From the sequence record OP589283.1: a stretch of 64,000 bases of DNA, one strand, 5' to 3'. Below, one piece after another: positions 37,714 through 47,006 of the stretch (the first letter of the stretch is position 1; every line of letters begins with the position of its first letter). The translations under genes were made by a program, and so were the position numbers. The notes under the pieces are model-generated. The model had not been told where the DNA came from, searched no databases, and saw only the letters and a list, made by a program, of their open reading frames with translations.

Positions 37714-39063
37714 TTACTCTTCAGTAATTAAACCATCTTGAATAAGTTGATGACGAACCAACATTACAATGCGAGTTACCCCCACTGTTTTACTAACGTA
37801 AGTGCTACCATTTCGTACGATACGACTCACACCAATAGGAACTGAGCTAGTAGGTGTAACTACCCAAGCAGCCTCCAGTAACAACTCAATAGTGTTAATG
37901 AAATCACGAGTGACTGGTTCCATCATTCCAAAGTCACTATCTAGACTAGGAATTAACTGATAATCGGTGTACACATCTGCGAGATTTTTATAACCGGGAC
38001 GGTTAGTTGGTTTACCCACAAAGGCAATGTTAGCACTTTTGTACATAAAAGGAACATACACAAGGGATTCTATGATATGTTCTTCAGTGGTGTACGGTTT
38101 AGCATAACGATCAACCAAGATACGACGCACATCTTCTCTCACCATGGGAGAAAGTGTACTTGTTTCGTTAGTTAAATTCGTGATACCTTTTCGAGTATAA
38201 TCAGGATACGCTAAATACTCTACCGGGTTAAACAGGTCTGGGATTTTCTCTTCCCAATCTGCCAGTGGGTATTTAGACGTGGCAAGAATTTCTTCTCTAA
38301 TTTTTTCAAATAACGCATCTTCAGAATCAAGGTCGTTTCCCCAACTGATGTACCGCCAGTAACCCAATACAGACGTTTCGTTTACGTCGTCCATGATTTC
38401 AAATGGACGTACACCACGAGCAGTATATGGGTAGGCGTTATTGTTAGTCAACTCATCCGTACGTTTTTGGATGACGTCTGGGGTTTCTTCATCAAAGCGT
38501 GCTTTGATTTGTTGGTAGTTCATTTCCATTAAACTATCGATTTCAGCCAAAGGGATAGGGTGAATGATAGTAAAAATAATGTTGGGATATTGACGACGGA
38601 AATATTCGTCAGCAAACCATAAATAGAACTCGTGACGAACAGGTTGACCATCCACCGTTTCAATATGGTTACCATGTACCATACTGGGTAAGTAGATAGT
38701 AGAATCTGTTACCATATCACCTACTGCTAAAAATTCAATGTCAACAGTGAATTGGGTTTTTAGCATTGCGAGACAGCTTGCTTCATTGTCATTTAAATTG
38801 CCTTTCTTAGCCTGGTCATATAACCAATCTGAGATTGCAATTTGACGTTGAGCGATGGCTGTTGGCATGACGATGTCAGCAGTCCCATTTGAGCTATAGA
38901 AGTTAAACAAAATCGTGGGTGAGTCTGTTACTGCTCCAAATACAGCCGGGTCTTTACAATACGTCCTGGCTTTGTTAGAAAGTTCTCCAATCGGAGAAAC
39001 AGTGATAGCACTGTTATTATGTAATTTGGCAATACTGCCAAATGAGAGAAACGTATTGCTCAT
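37714..39063 (-). CDS. Putative virion structural protein
   Basis: 449-aa ORF; N-terminus FLSFGSIAKLHNNSAITVSPIGELSNKARTY resembles conserved phiKZ-like virion proteins (from recollection). Confidence 0.6.
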   Translation of the reverse strand: MSNTFLSFGSIAKLHNNSAITVSPIGELSNKARTYCKDPAVFGAVTDSPTILFNFYSSNGTADIVMPTAIAQRQIAISDWLYDQAKKGNLNDNEASCLAMLKTQFTVDIEFLAVGDMVTDSTIYLPSMVHGNHIETVDGQPVRHEFYLWFADEYFRRQYPNIIFTIIHPIPLAEIDSLMEMNYQQIKARFDEETPDVIQKRTDELTNNNAYPYTARGVRPFEIMDDVNETSVLGYWRYISWGNDLDSEDALFEKIREEILATSKYPLADWEEKIPDLFNPVEYLAYPDYTRKGITNLTNETSTLSPMVREDVRRILVDRYAKPYTTEEHIIESLVYVPFMYKSANIAFVGKPTNRPGYKNLADVYTDYQLIPSLDSDFGMMEPVTRDFINTIELLLEAAWVVTPTSSVPIGVSRIVRNGSTYVSKTVGVTRIVMLVRHQLIQDGLITEE

Positions 39064-39093
39064 ATTCAGTACCTAATATGTGGGAATTAAGAG

Positions 39094-39636
39094 ATGGTCA
39101 ATGTCATAATGGAATTAATTGATAGGTTCATAGAATTTATCTTGCAAAGGTTGCCGGACGATGCACCCGAAACAGAAAAACACCGTTATGTCATGCGTAT
39201 GATGGTTATTTCTTTTTCTGTGCTATTTTGGGGGTTAATTGCAATTACCGCAGCTAACATCGATTTAAAAAGAGATAACTATGCATTAAATAAAACAGTA
39301 GGTAAAGTTAACAAATTGTTAGACGTTAACGATACGACTAACCCGCTTAACGCGTTGTTGATTCTTAATAAAGAAACGTTAGTTAAGTTGCAGGGTGTTA
39401 ATCACGAGAATATCGAATTAACGAAAATGGTACTACAGTTACAAACACAGTTGTCTGTATGTCAGGAAGGGTTAGTTATACTGGATGATAAAATTAAAGA
39501 GGAGCAAGATAATCCTCTCGATAATAGAAGTCCACCTAAACCAACCCAGGCTATCATTAATCGTCCCATAAATGGAATTAAAGAAGACGAAAAGTTAATT
39601 GACGAAGCAACTTACCCTAATGAGTTAAGAAAATAA
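39094..39636 (+). CDS. Membrane-anchored coiled-coil protein
   Basis: TM segment MMVISFSVLFWGLIAITAA followed by a heptad-rich region. Confidence 0.6.
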   Translation: MVNVIMELIDRFIEFILQRLPDDAPETEKHRYVMRMMVISFSVLFWGLIAITAANIDLKRDNYALNKTVGKVNKLLDVNDTTNPLNALLILNKETLVKLQGVNHENIELTKMVLQLQTQLSVCQEGLVILDDKIKEEQDNPLDNRSPPKPTQAIINRPINGIKEDEKLIDEATYPNELRK

Positions 39637-39638
39637 AC

Positions 39639-39674
39639 TAACTAGCGAAGAGGCATTGGCTTCTTCGCTAGTTA
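39639..39674 (+). terminator. Terminator hairpin
   Basis: taactagcgaagag-gcattggc-ttcttcgctagtta. Confidence 0.7.
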
Positions 39675-39721
39675 AAATATACGATCAAGTATATGTAATA
39701 GTGATTTTTGGAGAAAACCTC

Positions 39722-41209
39722 ATGTCAGAAGAAACCCTTATTGTCCAGAAACAAGGACTGATTGTTTATCTTAAAGATGGTGGATTTGAACACGCTAAAC
39801 AATCTCATTGGTTTAGTGGAGTTCATGGTTATTTTTACAACGATGACAAAGAAGGTAAAAAGAAACTAGCGAAGAACGTTCCTACCGTGAATGGGTATTA
39901 TACAGGCAATGCTAATATGAGCAATAGCGTGGTTGCTATTGAACGTTATTTGTCCGGGTATACCGTAGGGTATAAAAATGCATTTGATAACGCAGAGAGC
40001 GTTTTAGGTGCCTTATTAAAGACAATAGAATCACTTGCATTGAGTTCTTTATATTTAATCGTTGATAGTGCTTTTATTGTCGGGTTTTTATCACAACCGA
40101 TTAAAAATATTGAAAAGAATTTAAAATTAGCACGGCACGAGATTACCCCTGAGCAACTGGAACGATTAAAGGCATTCCGTGAAACATTCGAAGAACTAGG
40201 TAACAGCATCACAGTAACGGTAGATGCAAATAGTGCAGTAGAAGGTGGGTTGGGTAATCGTACAGTTAATAAGCAAGTTAAGCTCGCTGAAGCGTTTACC
40301 AGAGGGTCTAAGAAAACCTTAAAGCTAATTACATTGATAGAAAAGAAAGCCTTTGAAAATCCAGAGGTGGACTTTAACAAAATTGTGTGTGGTAATCGTT
40401 GGTATATTAACACAGGTAAAGATACGACGCATTACGAAGTTATAGAGGGGTATCGTTATTATTCCTTTGGTACTGTAGAACCTAAGAAAAAGTATTACGG
40501 TAAACTCACCCCCGATGTAACCTTTTCACGACTGTATACAAAAGAACCCATGGTTGCGTTGGATAAACTATTTAACTACATGCAGGAGCAGATTCCTAAT
40601 AAAGAGGGTTACCTCAGTGCGGGGAACATTGATTTAATTAAAAGTCGAGACCTGACCTTTTTGATTGACAGTATTCCGGGGATTCCTCACGGTAATAATC
40701 TGGTAATGCCTCATCGTGTTGGTGCGGTAGACGAACCTGTTTTAATTGAGTTAATTAACCCCCCAATGATGTCTTACGTTATTAAAGAACGTTTGGAAGT
40801 ATTGGACAACGCATTAACGTTTTTCTTACATCCTGATAAGCGCCCTGATAATTTGACGTATATTGACATCACAGACCGTATTTACGATAAGGTTCCTAAT
40901 AAGAAAGGAGATGTTAAAGTTTCACTGGTTAAGGAACTTACCCCTACTACTGACTTTATTAAAGTCGACGCAGAACACCGCAATGCTAAAAAGCCTGTTC
41001 CGTTAATCGTGTCTTTCCGATACGACCTTCCTGAACGTAACGGGTTAAACAGTGTGGACAACCCAGATGTTAAAGTCTGGTTGGTGGTAGACACGCGTTT
41101 ACATAAAGGGTTGAGTTTTTACACCATTGTTGAAACACCCGATTGGATTTATATTAACACTAATGCGGTAGGTAACCTTCGTATACTGAGTGAAAAAGAA
41201 TTGAAATAA
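39722..41209 (+). CDS. RNase H-like protein (phiKZ gp155 type)
   Basis: IVYLKDGG...GVHGYFY; DNAESVLGA; LIVDSAFIV; EGGLGNRTVN; long C-terminal domain. Start is the ATG at 39722 with RBS ggag. Confidence 0.6.
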   Translation: MSEETLIVQKQGLIVYLKDGGFEHAKQSHWFSGVHGYFYNDDKEGKKKLAKNVPTVNGYYTGNANMSNSVVAIERYLSGYTVGYKNAFDNAESVLGALLKTIESLALSSLYLIVDSAFIVGFLSQPIKNIEKNLKLARHEITPEQLERLKAFRETFEELGNSITVTVDANSAVEGGLGNRTVNKQVKLAEAFTRGSKKTLKLITLIEKKAFENPEVDFNKIVCGNRWYINTGKDTTHYEVIEGYRYYSFGTVEPKKKYYGKLTPDVTFSRLYTKEPMVALDKLFNYMQEQIPNKEGYLSAGNIDLIKSRDLTFLIDSIPGIPHGNNLVMPHRVGAVDEPVLIELINPPMMSYVIKERLEVLDNALTFFLHPDKRPDNLTYIDITDRIYDKVPNKKGDVKVSLVKELTPTTDFIKVDAEHRNAKKPVPLIVSFRYDLPERNGLNSVDNPDVKVWLVVDTRLHKGLSFYTIVETPDWIYINTNAVGNLRILSEKELK

Positions 41210-41233
41210 TTCACTTATGTTTCATTTAAAGTC

Positions 41234-41241
41234 TATATCAC
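41234..41241 (+). promoter_or_regulatory. Early promoter-like motif TATATCAC
   Basis: One mismatch to TATATTAC; about 54 nt upstream of ORF 41295. Confidence 0.45.
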
Positions 41242-41294
41242 TTAAGTGAATAAATCAAACAATGTTGTTTGATACTTACTTAAGGAATTCGATT

Positions 41295-41633
41295 ATGACT
41301 TTATTTGAACTTGTTAAAAAGGCGATTCAAAATACTTCTTCAAGAAAAGATGTATTACATTTACCCGCCATCGAGTTTAAAAGAATCGATTTATCAAGTA
41401 ATAACCCAGGTTACATTGAAAAGTTGATTATTGAACACATAAACAACTTTGCAGTAGACCCACGGCACGAACTTGATTTTCGTTTGCATCATTGCGAAAT
41501 TAATTACAACATTAATGACGCACGTATCGTTAAAGAAGGTTTAAGACGGTTAATTAAAAGTAAGTACGCTTATAGCTGTACTGAATCAATTACCATTACT
41601 AAACCAAACTCAGTAGATGTAACAAAACTATAA
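41295..41633 (+). CDS. Hypothetical protein
   Basis: RBS aagga before the ATG at 41295; followed by a terminator. Confidence 0.55.
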   Translation: MTLFELVKKAIQNTSSRKDVLHLPAIEFKRIDLSSNNPGYIEKLIIEHINNFAVDPRHELDFRLHHCEINYNINDARIVKEGLRRLIKSKYAYSCTESITITKPNSVDVTKL

Positions 41634-41637
41634 AGCA

Positions 41638-41673
41638 TAACTACCAGCGTCCTTAATTGGACGCTGGTAGTTA
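41638..41673. terminator. Bidirectional terminator hairpin
   Basis: taactaccagcgtcc-ttaatt-ggacgctggtagtta. Confidence 0.8.
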
Positions 41674-41692
41674 GTTTATCTTTATTTTTTTT

Positions 41693-42502
41693 TTATGCTA
41701 AATCTCTTAGCATTTGGCGGGTATCATCCATCACGGCTGACATTTCATTTAACAATACGAGCATAGCGCCTGTCACGTTAGTTAAGTGAGCAAATGTTTT
41801 GAACATGCTTTCCAGCCCACGGATTTCATCTTCATTGGTAGGGATATCACCAATTCTTAATTTCTCGGCGATTAAGCTGGAGATATCATAAACCCGTTTA
41901 AGCTCATTGTTCAACATTTCAGCGTCACGCGATTTAAAGTTACTGACGATTTGGTTATACTTATTAACCACATCGATCATTTCATTTGTATTACCGTAGA
42001 CTTCCTTCAATTTGTAAGAACCACGGTTTTGCTTTAATCCTCTCATGAAGACTTCAGCACGTTGAATAACTTTATCGGTATCGGTAACCACCCATTTAAA
42101 CGCAATAGGAGCAACACCTGATGCAGCAAACTTTTTCATGCGGCTGTACATGGTGGACGCTTCGGTATTAAGAATATCCATCAGTACGGCGGTGTCAGCT
42201 AATGCCTTTACGTAGTTAACCATCCACTGAGGAGATTTAACAAAATATTCTGGTGTTGGACAGAAAACGGAGCCGTGTTTATAGAACGCAGATGCATCAT
42301 GTACCATTACACTCAGTTCAGCAGACATATCAACTTTGTGAATATTGAACGTGAACTTGGAATAAATTTTTTGAATGAACGAGTAAATGTCAGTTAACCA
42401 CATTTTGACATGCTCAGGGAAAGAGAGCTTCTCCTCACCCGTGACATATTCGAATACAGGAAATTTATTATCCTGTAGGTATGTATCTAAGATATTTTTC
42501 AT
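41693..42502 (-). CDS. Putative virion (head/inner body) protein
   Basis: Alpha-helical 269-aa ORF adjacent to uvsX, as in phiKZ-like synteny. Confidence 0.55.
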   Translation of the reverse strand: MKNILDTYLQDNKFPVFEYVTGEEKLSFPEHVKMWLTDIYSFIQKIYSKFTFNIHKVDMSAELSVMVHDASAFYKHGSVFCPTPEYFVKSPQWMVNYVKALADTAVLMDILNTEASTMYSRMKKFAASGVAPIAFKWVVTDTDKVIQRAEVFMRGLKQNRGSYKLKEVYGNTNEMIDVVNKYNQIVSNFKSRDAEMLNNELKRVYDISSLIAEKLRIGDIPTNEDEIRGLESMFKTFAHLTNVTGAMLVLLNEMSAVMDDTRQMLRDLA

Positions 42503-42655
42503 GATCGGCCTTTACGTCTGGGAAATTGAATGGGAGACATAGTATTTTTATTCTATACTTTTGAAGCGTTTAATAATACGAATATCCCATTGTTATAGTC
42601 AACAGCGTCTTCTCAATTCACATAACAAATTATCGTTAACATTTAAGGTGCGAAC

Positions 42656-44083
42656 ATGAACCCCTTTTCTTTTTTAGCAAAGTTAAAATCACACGATACA
42701 ATCACACCGATGTTTAACTTTTCCCCTTTATTTGATTGCTTATCCGGATATTACGCAAAAGGTGTCGACGACGTCTATTACCTAAATGGTGGGTTAACCC
42801 CTAACAACGCTATTACTGGTGGTAATAACACTCAGAAAACGGGTGTCTGTGTTTTAGCGATGGCGAGAATGTTAATTTATTGGCCATCCAGTGTGGTTAT
42901 TTTCTTTGACGTTGAAAGTACATTTGATGTGACACGTCTCGCTAAAATGATAGACCGTGAGATTGGCATACCTGGATACTTTGATGAACATATCTTAGAT
43001 AAACGTTTCTTCTATTACACTCGTTCTAAAGGTATGGACGGAACTTTCATCCATAACTTTGTAAAAGATTACGCCCTCAAAGTACAAGACGCTATTAAAA
43101 ACAAAGAAGACGTGTATCTAACTTTGCCGTTTCCGGATAACGACGGTAATCCCATCAAGGTAATAAGTCAGACCACACTGGTTGTTGACAGTATTAGCGA
43201 AATGGATTTCATTAAAGTCAGCGAACACTTCCAAGAAGGGGACGTGGATTCCGGCGGTGAGAAACGAACACGTGACATGCAGTTAGGTAACATGCGCCGT
43301 GTTGTTTATGAAGACCTTGATGTTATTGGTGGAAAATCAGGATTCGTACAGCTCTGGACAGCGCAGGTTGTTGATATTATCAACATGACAGGTCAACCTT
43401 TAGAAAAACAATCTGTCTTCATTAGACAGGGTAAGAAATTAAAGGCACCTAAAGCGTTGTTACAACGTCCTCCTTTGGGTATTGAAATCTTTCGAGGTGG
43501 CCCATTAAAGAACGGCCAAGAGTGGATGTACCCCAACCCATTTGGTAAAGACGTGGTAATCACGAGTGACGCTAAGGAAGCACCAGACTTAATTCAATAC
43601 AGTTCTGGTACTTACCGTTGTAAGAGCGGACCTTCTGGTTTCATCTTATCGTTTATCGGTAGTCAATCACTGGGTATCCAAGAAGAACTCAGTATGTACG
43701 ATACACTAAAGAAAAACGATTACTATGGGTTGGATGGAAGCAAACAATCACATGCTTGTACGTTCTATCCTGAATGCAAGGTTAGCCGCACGACAGTGTG
43801 GGGTAAAACCATGGAAGACCCACGGTTATGCACTGCATTGACTTTACAATATCACTTATTGGTATTAACTACAACAAATCTTGAGCTAGATAAAAAATAT
43901 CGATTGTCGCCCAAAGAGGTGTATGATTTAGTTATTGAACAAGGGTATGATTTCAACGAGTTCCTCGACACGGTTTATTTTTATCATGGTAATCCTGATA
44001 TTAAGAAACCAACACTAACGATTATGGAACTTCTCTGTATTGCGGTAGATAAAAAGAAACCCTACTGGCACAAGAAAAAATAA
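42656..44083 (+). CDS. uvsX: UvsX/RecA-like recombinase
   Basis: LNGGL..., divergent P-loop TGGNNTQKTG, FFDVEST, Walker B LVVDSISE; typical phiKZ-like UvsX length. Confidence 0.85.
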   Translation: MNPFSFLAKLKSHDTITPMFNFSPLFDCLSGYYAKGVDDVYYLNGGLTPNNAITGGNNTQKTGVCVLAMARMLIYWPSSVVIFFDVESTFDVTRLAKMIDREIGIPGYFDEHILDKRFFYYTRSKGMDGTFIHNFVKDYALKVQDAIKNKEDVYLTLPFPDNDGNPIKVISQTTLVVDSISEMDFIKVSEHFQEGDVDSGGEKRTRDMQLGNMRRVVYEDLDVIGGKSGFVQLWTAQVVDIINMTGQPLEKQSVFIRQGKKLKAPKALLQRPPLGIEIFRGGPLKNGQEWMYPNPFGKDVVITSDAKEAPDLIQYSSGTYRCKSGPSGFILSFIGSQSLGIQEELSMYDTLKKNDYYGLDGSKQSHACTFYPECKVSRTTVWGKTMEDPRLCTALTLQYHLLVLTTTNLELDKKYRLSPKEVYDLVIEQGYDFNEFLDTVYFYHGNPDIKKPTLTIMELLCIAVDKKKPYWHKKK

Positions 44084-44093
44084 AAGCACTTAT

Positions 44094-44114
44094 AAGGGGG
44101 GAACATCCCCCTTT
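44094..44114 (+). terminator. Terminator-like hairpin
   Basis: aagggggg-aaca-tccccctt followed by tctt. Confidence 0.55.
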
Positions 44115-44122
44115 CTTATGGG

Positions 44123-44518
44123 ATGAAAATAATGGAAGATTTGGACTTTCTTAATACTAAACCAGCGCCTTTATCAGTCCTGCTTCTTGCAGATAAATCA
44201 TTTATGCGTCGTTGTTTAAACCCAGATGAATATTTGGTTAAACTCAAACAATACTTTGTAACGAATAAAGGAGAGGATGTTTGTTTATATACTCCTTCTT
44301 CTATGTACAACCTTTCTTTTGATGGTGTGAAGTTTGTTGATTTCGAATGCCAAAATAAAACGTCATTTGTTTATTCCTTGGAAAACACCATCAACATGTA
44401 CGATGAATGTTACATTATCAGTCAACAGGATACATCTGACCCTTACTTAGATGGTGCCCGTGAAATCATGACAGCACACAACAAATCTATTACTGGGTTA
44501 GGGTACAAATTGAAATAA
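44123..44518 (+). CDS. Hypothetical protein (possible degenerate SLOG/YspA-like fold)
   Basis: C-terminal YDECYIISQQDTSDPYLDGAREIMTAHNKSITGLGY pattern; weak assignment. Confidence 0.5.
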   Translation: MKIMEDLDFLNTKPAPLSVLLLADKSFMRRCLNPDEYLVKLKQYFVTNKGEDVCLYTPSSMYNLSFDGVKFVDFECQNKTSFVYSLENTINMYDECYIISQQDTSDPYLDGAREIMTAHNKSITGLGYKLK

Positions 44519-44529
44519 GGAATACCCTT

Positions 44530-45213
44530 ATGAGTAATAAAAACCGTAAAGCGGCTGAAACGTTCTTATTAACTTTTATGGGTAAGTTAACTAAGGGTGG
44601 TTATAACCGAACCGTTTATGAAAACTTATTTAAGCGTCTAGACGATAAACAGTTTGAAGCTTTTGTTAATACTGTTGCTGAAGGTAATCCACTCAGCATT
44701 TGGATTAGTAACTTCGACCCGACTGAAGCACTGGATTGGGGCAATTTAATCCAATTGTGTGGTGAATACGGTTATGACCCAGAACAACATTTGGTTGTTT
44801 ATGATGTCGATACAGGGGTAAGAACACTCACTCCAGTTAAATATGTTGCGGGCAACGCTGAAGTACGTAAGCAACGTCAGCATTTGTTTAAGAAGTTCGG
44901 AGGCGCTAAGGACGATAGCCAGGTTGATGATTTGACAGGCCAGGTAATTAGTACCAGCCGTTCAGCGGGTTTATCTGCACCAGAAGTAGGGGTGTTGATG
45001 GAACTTGGATTAGTAGTTACCACTCACGAACTGTATAACGTGAAAGGTGGTGACGTTGATGCATTAAAGGCGTATAAAAACGATTTAATTTCAACGGGTA
45101 AAACTACTGCCATTGGAAGTTTACGTCAGGGTAGTGGTGTGAAAAGCTTGCGTACACTTCAAAGTATTTTCCGAGGTCGTATGCTTGACAACAACTTTGG
45201 GAGCAACCAATAA
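44530..45213 (+). CDS. rpoB: Virion RNA polymerase beta subunit, C-terminal fragment (phiKZ gp149-like)
   Basis: RQRQHLFKK...DDLTGQV...SAPEVGVLMELGL...ELYNVKGGD aligns with beta C-terminal HLVDDK..TQQP..GEMEVWAL...EMLTVKSDD. Confidence 0.8.
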   Translation: MSNKNRKAAETFLLTFMGKLTKGGYNRTVYENLFKRLDDKQFEAFVNTVAEGNPLSIWISNFDPTEALDWGNLIQLCGEYGYDPEQHLVVYDVDTGVRTLTPVKYVAGNAEVRKQRQHLFKKFGGAKDDSQVDDLTGQVISTSRSAGLSAPEVGVLMELGLVVTTHELYNVKGGDVDALKAYKNDLISTGKTTAIGSLRQGSGVKSLRTLQSIFRGRMLDNNFGSNQ

Positions 45214-45656
45214 TGAGAGATCATCATTTAAGAATAATGCGTTATTCAGCTTTAAATGTATTTAGAGTAATAAATACGGTTTTTAAAGCTGATGATTCAA
45301 CGCTCACTCCACATCATCAGTTATTGCGGTTGCTTTCCAATTTGTTCAAGGTTCCTACCATCCGATTCATTGAAGGTTATCAGACCTTTTTAGATGAGTT
45401 GAGTAGTAATAACGAAGCGCTGGATAGTTGGTGTAAATTGCTTGGTGTGTTTACTTCTGAACTTGGGGAAGATGCTAAAGAATTAAGCATCAAAACCATT
45501 AAAGATTTATTCGCCACTTTTGCCGAAATGCACCCTTCATTAAGCAACCACTTTAAAGTGTCAGGTGAGCCTGACATGAGCCAAGTACTTGCTTACATGT
45601 TGTGTATTGTCCAGTCTACTGAATTCGATGACTTTAAAGTGGTGAAACATGGCTAG
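45213..45656 (+). CDS. Hypothetical protein
   Basis: Translationally coupled to the upstream gene (taatg overlap). Confidence 0.65.
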   Translation: MRDHHLRIMRYSALNVFRVINTVFKADDSTLTPHHQLLRLLSNLFKVPTIRFIEGYQTFLDELSSNNEALDSWCKLLGVFTSELGEDAKELSIKTIKDLFATFAEMHPSLSNHFKVSGEPDMSQVLAYMLCIVQSTEFDDFKVVKHG

Positions 45657-46389
45657 TAAAAAACTTTTGGCGTATACTGACTTAGACAGCATCTTTGACA
45701 GTAGTCGCGGTATCGCTCAAAAACTGATTACACAGCATTTGTCACACTTACCCTTAAAAGAGCGTATTAAAGAAAGTGATGCTTATTTCCACAAACATTT
45801 ATTACGTAAATATAAGGAACGCACTTATCATTTATTCAATGCACCGGAATTAGGAATTACTCCTGAAATTTTTAATACTGCCTATCTTCATCGTTCTGCT
45901 GATGATTTTGATTATTATTATCCTACTCCATTACTGGATGGTATTTTTAAAATCATTGTTGGGATAGAGAACAGTAAGAACGGGGGATTTGATGTTGAGG
46001 AAATTAATCTCACTGTCAACGTTCACCCGTATGACTTTGATGAGGAACTATTGACTGAACTGGAAAACCAGATTAAGTTGAAGGTGGGTGGGTACTTCAA
46101 AAACATTCATATTGTAAACTTGGATATCGAAGAGAAAACTGCTTCTTATTTCCAAGGGTATGATTATGTGTTTAAGAAAGATATCATGTTTGGCTGTAAG
46201 AAATTTCATCAGTCTCTTGAAAACGTGTATATTCCTAACACACAGCTCATTGTTCCTATCTTGCATTATAAATACAACGAAGGATTTAAAGGCACCCCAA
46301 AAGAAACACTAGAATTATTCAGTGTGACGATGGGGACAGTGATAGGAATCACTCCTATTGATAAAAGTCTTTATGACTGTTATTTATAA
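45649..46389 (+). CDS. Hypothetical protein with HAD-like N-terminal motif
   Basis: LLAYTDLDSIFDS resembles HAD motif I (hhhDxDxx). Confidence 0.5.
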   Translation: MASKKLLAYTDLDSIFDSSRGIAQKLITQHLSHLPLKERIKESDAYFHKHLLRKYKERTYHLFNAPELGITPEIFNTAYLHRSADDFDYYYPTPLLDGIFKIIVGIENSKNGGFDVEEINLTVNVHPYDFDEELLTELENQIKLKVGGYFKNIHIVNLDIEEKTASYFQGYDYVFKKDIMFGCKKFHQSLENVYIPNTQLIVPILHYKYNEGFKGTPKETLELFSVTMGTVIGITPIDKSLYDCYL

Positions 46390-46393
46390 TGGC

Positions 46394-46426
46394 TACTCCT
46401 ACTACTCCAGTGGAGTAGTAGGAGTA
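46394..46426. terminator. Bidirectional terminator hairpin
   Basis: tactcctactactcc-agt-ggagtagtaggagta. Confidence 0.8.
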
Positions 46427-46437
46427 TTTAGTTAGCA

Positions 46438-46950
46438 TCACGCTACTTTAGTACCATTAATATCAACCAATGAATTACCTTGTTCTAATTCAGCGGGAGA
46501 GATTGGATTAACCCCCGGCGCATTACCCAACAAACTTTTAGTGGGGTCAAGAAGGAAACTACCAATATTAAACGTAGGTAATTGAATCTGCCCTGATGAA
46601 ATTTGTTTCATCGCCTCCATCATTTGGTTAAAGGTCAGCTTATCATCCTCTTTTTCTTTGGCACGGGCTTTCTCTTTACGGTCATCCCGGACTGTCTTTT
46701 CAATCTGGGCTAATAAGCTAGTGATGGACTCCAACATCTTTGGATTGGTTGGATTACGTTGATACGCCATCATCGCATAATTTAATAAGACGTACTTATT
46801 GTGCTGGACAGCCGTAATCAAGGATTTTTGTTCTGGGTCTTCCTCGTTTTGTTCAATTGTATTACGAATCTGTTCTAACGCAGTAATCACTTCCAGCTCT
46901 CTAATTTGCTCCGGAGTTGCTGGTGACGGAGTGGATTGTGTTTGTTCCAT
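46438..46950 (-). CDS. Hypothetical helical protein (phiKZ-like core-type)
   Basis: 170-aa ORF with coiled-coil character. Confidence 0.6.
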   Translation of the reverse strand: MEQTQSTPSPATPEQIRELEVITALEQIRNTIEQNEEDPEQKSLITAVQHNKYVLLNYAMMAYQRNPTNPKMLESITSLLAQIEKTVRDDRKEKARAKEKEDDKLTFNQMMEAMKQISSGQIQLPTFNIGSFLLDPTKSLLGNAPGVNPISPAELEQGNSLVDINGTKVA

Positions 46951-46964
46951 AATTTATTCAAACC

Positions 46965-46972
46965 TATATTAC
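46965..46972 (+). promoter_or_regulatory. phiKZ-type early promoter motif TATATTAC
   Basis: Exact motif 35 nt upstream of ORF 47007. Confidence 0.55.
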
Positions 46973-47006
46973 TTAAGTAGAAAGAGATAATTAAGGTAGT
47001 TCAACT

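Noticed and set aside
39094-39636. Embedded o-spanin (Rz1-like) gene
   Set aside because: No overlapping ORF with a lipobox Cys was found by eye
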